From Eledone cirrhosa (taxonomy: Eukaryota): a stretch of DNA of 64,000 nt. The position numbers and the translations under genes were made by a program. The stretch spans positions 29,512,001-29,576,000 of the forward strand of contig OZ024744.1 of NCBI GenBank assembly GCA_964016885.1, written 5' to 3'. Numbering within the stretch: position 1 is the first letter of the stretch; the number at the start of each line of letters is the position of its first letter. The notes beneath the pieces were generated by a model that was given only the letters and a program-made list of their open reading frames with translations, made no database searches and was not told the DNA's origin. Below are positions 52,176 through 64,000 of the stretch, in pieces.

Positions 52176-52300
52176 TTGTTTGTGTGTGTGTACATACCTA
52201 TATATATATATATATGCACACACACACACACACACGCATACTCACACATACTTTCGAATATATATATATTTAGCTTCCATGTAAAAAATACAAAAAAACT

Positions 52301-52350
<50 letters not shown>

Positions 52351-52621
52351 AGTTTTTTTGTATTTTTTGCATGGAAGCTAAATTTAAACATTGATAAAAT
52401 AAGATAAGGTGATTTTGAAATTAAATTATAAAAGAGTTTAACGTGCCAATGGCAAGGATAAATCACCGAACAGGGGAACAACCACGTCTAACCCACGTCT
52501 AAGTCACGTCTGATCCACCCGCTATTGGCCAGACTGGGTAGTTAGCCATTACACCCAATCTAGAGAAACCATGTAGGAGATTTTGAGACATTATCCATTA
52601 TGGGCTGTCGTTGGTCTAAAG

Positions 52622-52921
52622 CAGGGGCGTGCATCAGGCCGTCCGCGAGCCACTATTCGGCCCGCCACACCAGTCAGAGTGGCCGCGATGAGCGTTTTTA
52701 ATTTTTACCTTGTAGGCTTATTTAGATTTTTTTTTCGTAACCGTAATACTTTTGTCAGTTGATCTATACTAAAGGGCTTCACTGATAGGTTATTTGTTTT
52801 ATAATTTCCCAGTTCCATGTTGTAGTGAATCTTTGGAATAGTGCATAATAAATATTAATGGTCCTAATAGTTGTTCCAATGTTCAAATTGGCTCACCAAA
52901 GGAATATGTCGCACACCCCTG
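52622..52921. mobile_element. hAT (Charlie-like) MITE, 300 bp
   Basis: TIRs CAGGGGCGTGC / GCACACCCCTG; 8-bp TSD gtctaaag / gcctaaag (7/8 match). Confidence 0.85.
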
Positions 52922-52956
52922 GCCTAAAGTGTGACTCAAGCCAGAAGGCTCACCAG

Positions 52957-53203
52957 GCCGGTGTTTAGCCCGGTTTCTTTGGCGTGAAACCACTGAGATC
53001 ACAAGACGCCCCACCTGGACAGGACACTAGTCCATTGCAGGGTTAAACCCCCAGCTATTGCTGGTACAAATCTTCAGCTCAGTATACTGGAGCAACGTGA
53101 AATGAAGTGTTTTGCTCAAAATCATAACATACAACGAGGTCAAGGAATCGAACCGACGACATTATGATCGTATGTCCAACACCCTTAACTTTAGACCACA
53201 CAA
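52957..53203 (-). mobile_element. Diverged tRNA-derived SINE related to 5787-5907
   Basis: Shared ggagcaacgtgaaat..gtgt.ttgctcaa..ggaatcgaac; B box GGTTCGATTCC on the minus strand. Confidence 0.75.
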
Positions 53204-53472
53204 ATCCACTCGGGCGTATAATAAAACAGATTTTATTGAACAAAATATTCCAAATACAATTGCGACACATTCTCCATCTACACCCTGTCCGCTTCGACCA
53301 CAGACCGCTGCAACCCAGGCTCTCACACAAATAACGTCCAGAAGAAGAGTATGATAACAAAATTCCAAAATACCGGATATTTGACATGCAGTTCCTTATT
53401 CGAGATGGTCACCATGAAGACCTTTGGTGAATCGGTCACCGAACTGTCATTTTCTTCCGCACAGCAATGGCA

Positions 53473-56400
53473 GAGGACCATGACGTGGAGTGTCTTATAC
53501 AAATGGTGTCACTGGTGGAGGACCATGACGTGGAGTGTCTTATATAGATGGTGTCACTGGTGGAGGACCATGACGTGGAGTGTCTTATATAGATGGTGTA
53601 ACTGGTGTAGGACCATGCCGTGGAGTGTCCTATATAGATGGTGTCACTAGTGGAGGACCATGACATGTCCTATATAGATGCTGTCACTGGTGGAGGACCA
53701 TGACATGTCTTATATAGATGGTGTCACTGGTGGCGGACCATGACGTGGAGTGTCTAATACAGATGGTGTCACTGGTGGAGGACCATGACGTGGAGTGTCT
53801 TATACAGATGGTGTCACTGGTGGAGGACCATGACATGTCTTATATAGACGGTGTCACTGGTGGAGGACCATGACGTGGAGTGTCTCATATAGATGTGGTC
53901 ACTGGTGGAGGACCATGAGATGTCTTATATAGATGGTGTCACTGGTGGAGGACCATGACGTGGAGTGTCTTATATAGATGGTGTAACTGGTGTAGGACCA
54001 TGCCGTGGAGTGTCCTATATAGATGGTGTCACTAGTGGAGGACCATGACATGTCCTATATAGATGCTGTCACTGGTGGAGGACCATGACATGTCTTATAT
54101 AGATGGTGTCACTGGTGGCGGACCATGACGTGGAGTGTCTAATACAGATGGTGTCACTGGTGGAGGACCATGACGTGGAGTGTCTTATACAGATGGTGTC
54201 ACTGGTGGAGGACCATGACATGTCTTATATAGACGGTGTCACTGGTGGAGGACCATGACGTGGAGTGTCTCATATAGATGTGGTCACTGGTGGAGGACCA
54301 TGAGATGTCTTATATAGATGGTGTCACTGGTGGAGGACCATGACGTGGAGTGTCTTATATAGATGGTGTCACTGGTGGAGGACCATGACGTGGAGTGTCT
54401 TATATAGATGGTGTAACTGGTGGAGGACCATGCCGTGGAGTGTCCTATATAGATGGTGTCACTAGTGGAGGACCATGACATGTCCTATATAGATGCTGTC
54501 ACTGGTGGAGGACCATGACATGTCTTATATAGATGGTGTCACTGGTGGCGGACCATGACGTGGAGTGTCTAATACAGATGGTGTCACTGGTGGAGGACCA
54601 TGACGTGGAGTGTCTTATACAGATGGTGTCACTGGTGGGGGAACATGACATGTCTTATATAGACGGTGTCACTGGTGGAGGACCATGACGTGGAGTGTCT
54701 CATATAGATGTGGTCACTGGTGGAGGACCATGACATGTCTTATATAGATGGTGTCACTGGTGGAGGACCATGACGTGGAGTGTCTTATACAGATGGTGTC
54801 ATTGGTGGAGGACCATGATGTGCAGTGTCTTATACAGATGGTGTGACTGGTGGAGGGCCATAACGTGGAGTGTCTTATACAGATGGTGTCTCTGGTGGAG
54901 GACCATGACATGTCTTATATAGATGGAGACACTGGTGGAGGACCATGTCGTGGAGTGTCTTATATAGATGATGTCACTGGTGGAGGACCATGACATGGAG
55001 TGTCTTATATAGATGGTGTCACTGGTGGAGGACCATGACATGTCTTATATAGATGCTGTCACTGGTGGAGGACCATGACGTGGAGTGTCTAATATAGATG
55101 GTGTCACTGGTGGAGGACCATGACGTGGAGTGTCTTATACAGATGGTGTCACTGGTGGCGGACCATTACATGTCTTATATAGATAGTGTCACTGGTGGAG
55201 GACATGACGTGGAGTGTCTTATACAGATGGTGTCACTGGTGGAGAACCATGACGTGGAGTGTCTTATACAGATGGTGTCACTGGTGGAGGTCCATGACGT
55301 GGAGTGTCTTATATAGATGGTGTCACTGGTGGAGGTCCATGACGTGGAGTGTCTTATACAGATGGTGTCACTGGTGGAGGACATGACGTGGAGTGTCTTA
55401 TATAGATGGTGTCATTGGTGGAGGACCATGACGTGGAGTGTCTTATACAGATGGTGTCACTGGTGGAGGACCATGACATGTCTTATACAGATGGTGTCAC
55501 TGGTGGAGAACCATGACGTGGAGTGTCTTATACAGATGGTGTCACTGGTAGAGGACCATGACGTGGAGTGTCTTATACAGATGGTGTCACTGGTGGAGGA
55601 CCATGACATGTCTTATACAGATGGTGTCACTGGTGGAGAACCATGACGTGGAGTGTCTTATACAATGGTGTCACTGGTAGAGGACCATGACGTGGAGTGT
55701 CTTATACAGATGGTGTCACTGGTGGAGGACCATGACATGTCTTATACAGATGGTGTCACTGGTGGAGGACCATGACGTGGAGAGTCTTATATATATCGTG
55801 TCACTGGTGGAGGACCATGACGTGGAGTGACTTATACAGATGGTGACATTGGTGGAGTTTCATGACGTGGAGTGTCTTATATAGATGGTGTCATTGGTGG
55901 AGGATCATGACGTGGAGTGTCTTATATAGATGGTGTCACTGGTGGATCACCATGACGTGGAGTGTCTTATATAGATGGTGTCACTGGTGGAGGACCATGA
56001 CGTGGAGTGTCTTATACAGATGGTGTCACTGGTGGAGGACCATGACATGTCTTATATAGATTGAGTCACTGGAGGAGGACCATGAAGTGGAGTGTCTTAT
56101 ATAGATGTGACATTGGTGGAGTTTCATGACGTGGAGTGTCTTATACAGATGGTGTCACTGGTGGAGGACCATGACGTGGAGTGACTTATACAGATGGTGT
56201 CACTGGTGGAGGACCATGACGTGGAGTGTCTTATACAGATTGTATCACTGGTGGAGGATCATGAAGTGGAGTGTCTTATATAGGTGGTGTCACTGGTGGA
56301 GGACCATGACGTGGTGTGTTTTATACAGATGGTTTCACTGGTGGAGGACCATGACATGTCTTATATAGATGGTGTCACTGGTGGAGGACCATGTCGTGGA

Positions 56401-59400
56401 GTGTCTTATACAGATGGTGTCACTGGTGGAGGACAATGTCGTGGAGTGTCTCATATAGATGTGGTCACTGGTGGAGGACCATGACATGTCTTGTATAGAT
56501 GGTGTCACTGGTGGAGGACCATGACGTGGAGTGTCTTATACAGATAGTGTAACTGGTGGAGGACCATGACGTGGAGTGTCTTATATAGATGGTGTCACTG
56601 GTGGAGGACCATGACGTGATGTGTCTTATACAGATGGTGTCATTGGTGGAGGACTATGATGTGCAGTGTCTTATACAGATGGTGTGACTGGTGGAGGACC
56701 ATGACGTGGAGTGTCTTATACAGATGGTGTCTCTGGTGGAGGACCATGACATGTCTTATATAGATGGAGTCACTGGTGGAAGACCATGTCGTGGAGTGTC
56801 TTCTATAGATTATGTCACTGGTGGAGGACCATGACATGGAGTGTCTTATACAGATGGTGTCACTGGTAGAGGACCATGACGTGGAGTGTCTTATACAGAT
56901 GGTGTCACTGGTGGAGGACCATGACATGTCTTATACAGATGGTGTCACTGGTGGAGAACCATGACGTGGAGTGTCTTATACAATGGTGTCACTGGTAGAG
57001 GACCATGACGTGGAGTGTCTTATACAGATGGTGTCACTGGTGGAGGACCATGACATGTCTTATACAGATGGTGTCACTGGTGGAGGACCATGACGTGGAG
57101 AGTCTTATATATATCGTGTCACTGGTGGAGGACCATGACGTGGAGTGACTTATACAGATGGTGACATTGGTGGAGTTTCATGACGTGGAGTGTCTTATAT
57201 AGATGGTGTCATTGGTGGAGGATCATGACGTGGAGTGTCTTATATAGATGGTGTCACTGGTGGATCACCATGACGTGGAGTGTCTTATATAGATGGTGTC
57301 ACTGGTGGAGGACCATGACGTGGAGTGTCTTATACAGATGGTGTCACTGGTGGAGGACCATGACATGTCTTATATAGATTGAGTCACTGGAGGAGGACCA
57401 TGAAGTGGAGTGTCTTATATAGATGTGACATTGGTGGAGTTTCATGACGTGGAGTGTCTTATACAGATGGTGTCACTGGTGGAGGACCATGACGTGGAGT
57501 GACTTATACAGATGGTGTCACTGGTGGAGGACCATGACGTGGAGTGTCTTATACAGATTGTATCACTGGTGGAGGATCATGAAGTGGAGTGTCTTATATA
57601 GGTGGTGTCACTGGTGGAGGACCATGACGTGGTGTGTTTTATACAGATGGTTTCACTGGTGGAGGACCATGACATGTCTTATATAGATGGTGTCACTGGT
57701 GGAGGACCATGTCGTGGAGTGTCTTATACAGATGGTGTCACTGGTGGAGGACAATGTCGTGGAGTGTCTCATATAGATGTGGTCACTGGTGGAGGACCAT
57801 GACATGTCTTGTATAGATGGTGTCACTGGTGGAGGACCATGACGTGGAGTGTCTTATACAGATAGTGTAACTGGTGGAGGACCATGACGTGGAGTGTCTT
57901 ATATAGATGGTGTCACTGGTGGAGGACCATGACGTGATGTGTCTTATACAGATGGTGTCATTGGTGGAGGACTATGATGTGCAGTGTCTTATACAGATGG
58001 TGTGACTGGTGGAGGACCATGACGTGGAGTGTCTTATACAGATGGTGTCTCTGGTGGAGGACCATGACATGTCTTATATAGATGGAGTCACTGGTGGAAG
58101 ACCATGTCGTGGAGTGTCCTATATAGATGGTGTCACTAGTGGAGGACCATGACATGTCCTATATAGATGCTGTCACTGGTGGAGGACCATGACATGTCTT
58201 ATATAGATGGTGTCACTGGTGGCGGACCATGACGTGGAGTGTCTAATACAGATGGTGTCACTGGTGGAGGACCATGACGTGGAGTGTCTTATACAGATGG
58301 TGTCACTGGTGGGGGAACATGACATGTCTTATATAGACGGTGTCACTGGTGGAGGACCATGACGTGGAGTGTCTCATATAGATGTGGTCACTGGTGGAGG
58401 ACCATGACATGTCTTATATAGATGGTGTCACTGGTGGAGGACCATGACGTGGAGTGTCTTATACAGATGGTGTCATTGGTGGAGGACCATGATGTGCAGT
58501 GTCTTATACAGATGGTGTGACTGGTGGAGGGCCATAACGTGGAGTGTCTTATACAGATGGTGTCTCTGGTGGAGGACCATGACATGTCTTATATAGATGG
58601 AGACACTGGTGGAGGACCATGTCGTGGAGTGTCTTATATAGATGATGTCACTGGTGGAGGACCATGACATGGAGTGTCTTATATAGATGGTGTCACTGGT
58701 GGAGGACCATGACATGTCTTATATAGATGCTGTCACTGGTGGAGGACCATGACGTGGAGTGTCTAATATAGATGGTGTCACTGGTGGAGGACCATGACGT
58801 GGAGTGTCTTATACAGATGGTGTCACTGGTGGCGGACCATTACATGTCTTATATAGATAGTGTCACTGGTGGAGGACATGACGTGGAGTGTCTTATACAG
58901 ATGGTGTCACTGGTGGAGAACCATGACGTGGAGTGTCTTATACAGATGGTGTCACTGGTGGAGGTCCATGACGTGGAGTGTCTTATATAGATGGTGTCAC
59001 TGGTGGAGGTCCATGACGTGGAGTGTCTTATACAGATGGTGTCACTGGTGGAGGACATGACGTGGAGTGTCTTATATAGATGGTGTCATTGGTGGAGGAC
59101 CATGACGTGGAGTGTCTTATACAGATGGTGTCACTGGTGGAGGACCATGACATGTCTTATACAGATGGTGTCACTGGTGGAGAACCATGACGTGGAGTGT
59201 CTTATACAGATGGTGTCACTGGTAGAGGACCATGACGTGGAGTGTCTTATACAGATGGTGTCACTGGTGGAGGACCATGACATGTCTTATACAGATGGTG
59301 TCACTGGTGGAGAACCATGACGTGGAGTGTCTTATACAATGGTGTCACTGGTAGAGGACCATGACGTGGAGTGTCTTATACAGATGGTGTCACTGGTGGA

Positions 59401-62400
59401 GGACCATGACATGTCTTATACAGATGGTGTCACTGGTGGAGGACCATGACGTGGAGAGTCTTATATATATCGTGTCACTGGTGGAGGACCATGACGTGGA
59501 GTGACTTATACAGATGGTGACATTGGTGGAGTTTCATGACGTGGAGTGTCTTATATAGATGGTGTCATTGGTGGAGGATCATGACGTGGAGTGTCTTATA
59601 TAGATGGTGTCACTGGTGGATCACCATGACGTGGAGTGTCTTATATAGATGGTGTCACTGGTGGAGGACCATGACGTGGAGTGTCTTATACAGATGGTGT
59701 CACTGGTGGAGGACCATGACATGTCTTATATAGATTGAGTCACTGGAGGAGGACCATGAAGTGGAGTGTCTTATATAGATGTGACATTGGTGGAGTTTCA
59801 TGACGTGGAGTGTCTTATACAGATGGTGTCACTGGTGGAGGACCATGACGTGGAGTGACTTATACAGATGGTGTCACTGGTGGAGGACCATGACGTGGAG
59901 TGTCTTATACAGATTGTATCACTGGTGGAGGATCATGAAGTGGAGTGTCTTATATAGGTGGTGTCACTGGTGGAGGACCATGACGTGGTGTGTTTTATAC
60001 AGATGGTTTCACTGGTGGAGGACCATGACATGTCTTATATAGATGGTGTCACTGGTGGAGGACCATGTCGTGGAGTGTCTTATACAGATGGTGTCACTGG
60101 TGGAGGACAATGTCGTGGAGTGTCTCATATAGATGTGGTCACTGGTGGAGGACCATGACATGTCTTGTATAGATGGTGTCACTGGTGGAGGACCATGACG
60201 TGGAGTGTCTTATACAGATAGTGTAACTGGTGGAGGACCATGACGTGGAGTGTCTTATATAGATGGTGTCACTGGTGGAGGACCATGACGTGATGTGTCT
60301 TATACAGATGGTGTCATTGGTGGAGGACTATGATGTGCAGTGTCTTATACAGATGGTGTGACTGGTGGAGGACCATGACGTGGAGTGTCTTATACAGATG
60401 GTGTCTCTGGTGGAGGACCATGACATGTCTTATATAGATGGAGTCACTGGTGGAAGACCATGTCGTGGAGTGTCTTCTATAGATTATGTCACTGGTGGAG
60501 GACCATGACATGGAGTGTCTTATATAGATGGTGTCACTGGTGGAGGACCATGACATGTCTTATATAGATGGTGTCACTGGTGGAGGACCATGACATGTCT
60601 TATATAGATGGTGTCACTGGTGGAGGACATGACGTGGAGTGTCTTATACAGATGGTGTCACTGGTGGAGGACCATGACGTGGAGTGTCTTATACAGATGG
60701 TGTCACTGGTGGCGGACCATTACATGTCTTATATAGATAATGTCACTGGTGGAGGACCATGATGTGGAGTGTCTTATATAGATGGTGTCACTGGTGGAGG
60801 ACCCTGACGTGGATTGCCTTATACAGATGGTGTCACTGGTGGAGGACCATGTCATGTCTTATAGAGATGGTGTCACTGGTGGAGGACCATAACGTGGAGT
60901 GTCTTATATAGATGGTGTCACTGGTGGATGACCATGACGTGGATTGCCTTATACAGATGGTGTCACTGGTGGAGGACCATGTCATGTCTTATAGAGATGG
61001 TGTCACTGGTGGAGATCCATGACGTGGAGTGTCTTATACAGATGGTGTCACTGGTAGAGGACCATGACGTGGATGTCGTATACAGATGGTGTCACTGGTG
61101 GAGGACCATGACGTGGAGTGTCTTATACAGATGGTGTCACTGGTGGAGGACCATGACGTGGAGTGTCGTATACAGATGGTGTCACTGGTGGAAGACCATG
61201 ACGTGGAGTGTCTTATACATATGGTGTCACTGGTGGAGGACCATGATGTGTCTTATATAGATGGTGTCACTGGTTGAGAACCATGAAGTGGAGTGTCTTA
61301 TATAGATGGTGTAACTGGTGACGGACCATGACGTTGAGTGTCTTATAAAGATGGTGTCACTGGTGGAGGTCCATGACGTGGAGTGTCTTATATAGATGGT
61401 GTCACTGGTGGAGAACCATGACGTGGAGTGTCTTATATAGATGGTGTCACTGGTGTAGGACCATGACGTGGAGTGTCTTATACAGATGTGTCACTGGTGG
61501 AGGACCATGACATGTCTTATACAGATGGTGTCACTGGTGGAGGTCCATGACGTGGAGTGTCTTATACAGATGGTGTCACTGGTGGAGGACCATGACGTGG
61601 AGTGCCTTATATAGATGGTGTCACTGGTGGAGGTCCATGACGTGGTGTGTCTTATACAGATGGTGTCACTGGTGGACGACCATGACGTGGAGTGTCTTAT
61701 ATAGATGTTGTCACTGGTGGATGAACATGACGTGGAGTGTCTTGTATAGATGGTGTCACTGGTGGAGGACCATTACGTGGAGTGCCTTATATAGATGGAG
61801 TCACTGGAGGAGGACCATGAAGTGGAGTGTCTTATATAGATGGTGATATTGGTGGAGTTTCATGACGTGGAGTGTCTTATACAGATGGTGTCATTGGTGG
61901 AGGAACATGACGGGGAGTGTCTTATATAGATGGTGACATTGGTGGAGTTTCATGACGTGGAGTGTCTTATACAGATGGTGTCATTGGTGGAGGATCATGA
62001 CGTGGAGTGTCTTATATAGATGGTGTCACTGGTGGAGCACTATGACGTGGAGTTTCTCATACAGATTGTATCACTTGTGGAGGATCATGAAGTGGAGTGT
62101 CTTATATAGGTGGTGTCACTAGTGGAGGACCATGACGTGGTGTGTTTTATACAGATGGTTTCACTGGTGGAGGACCATGACATGTCTTATATAGATGGTG
62201 TCACTGTTGGAGGACCATAACATGTCTTATATAGATGGAGTCACTGGAGGAGGACCATGAAGTGGAGTGTCTTATATAGATGTGATATTGGTGGAGTTTC
62301 ATGACGTGGAGTGTCTTATACAGATGGTGCATTGGTGGAGGATCATGGCGGGGAGTGTCTTATATAGATAGTGTCACTGGTGGAGGACCATGACGTGGAG

Positions 62401-64000
62401 TGTCTTATACAGATGGTGTCACAGGTGGAGGACCATGACGTGTCTTATATAGATGGTGTCATTGGTGGAGGATCATGACCTGGAGTGTCTTATACAGATG
62501 GTGTCACTGGTGGAGGACCATGACATGTCTTATATAGATGGTGTCACTGGTGGAGGACCATGACGTGGAGTGTCTTATATAGATGGTGACATTGGTGGAG
62601 TTTCATGACGTGGAGTGTCTTATACAGATGGTGTCATTGGTGGAGGATCATGACGTGGAGTGTCTTATATAGATGGTGTCACTGGTGGAGCACTATGACG
62701 TGGAGTTTCTCATACAGATTGTATCACTTGTGGAGGATCATGAAGAGGAGTGTCTTATATAGGTGGTGTCACTAGTGGAGGACCATGACGTGGTGTGTTT
62801 TATACAGATGGTTTCACTGGTGGAGGACCATGACATGTCTTATATAGATGGTGTCACTAGTGGAGGACCATGTCGTGGAGTGTCTTATATAGATGGTGTC
62901 ACTGGTGGAGGACCATGACGTGGAGTGTCTGATAAAGATGGTGTCACTGGTGGAGGGCCATGACGTGGAGTGTCTTATATAGATGGTGTCACTGGTGGAG
63001 GACCATGACGTGGAGTGTCTTATACAGATGGTGTCACTGGTGGAGGACCATGACATGTCTTATATAGATGGTGTCACTGGTGGAGGTCCATGACGTGGAG
63101 TGTCTTATACAGATGGTGTCACTGGTAGAGGACCATGACGTGGAGTGTCTTATATAGATGGTGTCACTGGTGGAGGACCATGAAGTGGAGTGTCTTATAC
63201 ATATGGTGTCACTGGTGGAGGACCATGACGTGTCTTATATAGATGGTGTCACTGGTGGGGAACCATGAAGTGGAGTGTCTTATATAGATGGTGTAACTGG
63301 TGGAGGACCATGACGTGGAGTGTCTTATACATATGGTATCACTGGTGGAGGACCATGACGTGGAGTGTTTTATATAGATGGTGTCACTGGTGGTGGACCA
63401 TTACGTGGAGTGTCTTATACAGATAGTGTAACTGGTGGAGGACCATGACGTGTCTCATATAGATGGTGTCACTGGTGGAGGACCATGACATGTCTTATAT
63501 AGATGGAGTCACTGGTGGAGGACCATGACGTGGAGTGTCTTATACATATGGTGTCACTGGTGGAGGACCATGACGTGTCTTATATAGATGATATCATTGG
63601 TGAAAACCATGACGTGTAGTGTAGTGTCTTGTATAGATGGTGTCACTGGAGGAGGACCATGAAGTGGAGTGTCTTATATATATGGTGACATTGGTGGTGT
63701 TTCATGACGTGGAGTGTTTTATACAGATGGTGTCATTGGTGGAGGATCATGACGGGGAGTGTCTTATATAGATGGTGTCACTGGTGGAGGACCATGACGT
63801 GGAGTGTCTTATACAGATGGTGTCACTGGTGGAGGAACATGACATGTCTTATATAGATGGTGTCACTGGTGGAGGACCATGACATGTCTTATATAGATGG
63901 TGTCACTGGAGGAGAACCATGAAGTGGAGTGTCTTATATAGATAGTGTCACTGGTGGGGGACCATGACATGGAGTGTCTTATACAGATGGAGTCACTGGT
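53473..64000. repeat. Tandem satellite of mixed 45-bp and 40-bp monomers (>10.5 kb, runs off the window)
   Basis: 45-mer GAGGACCATGACGTGGAGTGTCTTATA(T/C)AGATGGTGTCACTGGTG; the 40-mer has GACATGTC in place of GACGTGGAGTGTC. Confidence 0.98.

Noticed and set aside
53473-64000. CRISPR-like array or repetitive protein gene (TMTWSVLYRWCHWWR, MVSLVEDHDVECLIQ frames)
   Set aside because: No unique spacers or cas genes; 40-bp monomers and frequent stops break every frame

Overview
AT-rich eukaryotic repeat DNA with no confidently identifiable host gene. The dense (TA)n/(CA)n/(TATG)n microsatellites and the tRNA-derived SINE types suggest a cephalopod (Octopus-like) genome; this is inference. Positions 1-53 kb are nested, mostly decayed transposons: several Penelope-like elements (PLEs; RT plus C-terminal GIY-YIG, inverted pseudo-LTRs), a near-full-length RTE LINE plus RTE fragments, a CRE-like and an R4/Dong-like RLE-type LINE, a 6-kb Helitron in tandem with a non-autonomous derivative, SINEs and a hAT MITE. 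From about 53.47 kb to the end lies a 45/40-bp satellite with higher-order structure. The most notable hidden layer is RNA-level. I read by eye 17 full-length type I hammerhead ribozyme (HHR) motifs (12 with intact core and stems, 5 partly decayed) in about 10 sequence families. They include a 312-bp tandem HHR unit resembling a retrozyme/circRNA precursor, an HHR pair with a compensatory base-pair change, and a recurring asymmetric palindrome architecture whose fold-back points in one family fall inside HHR stem II. Coordinates were counted by hand and may be off by a few bases. No database searches were run.
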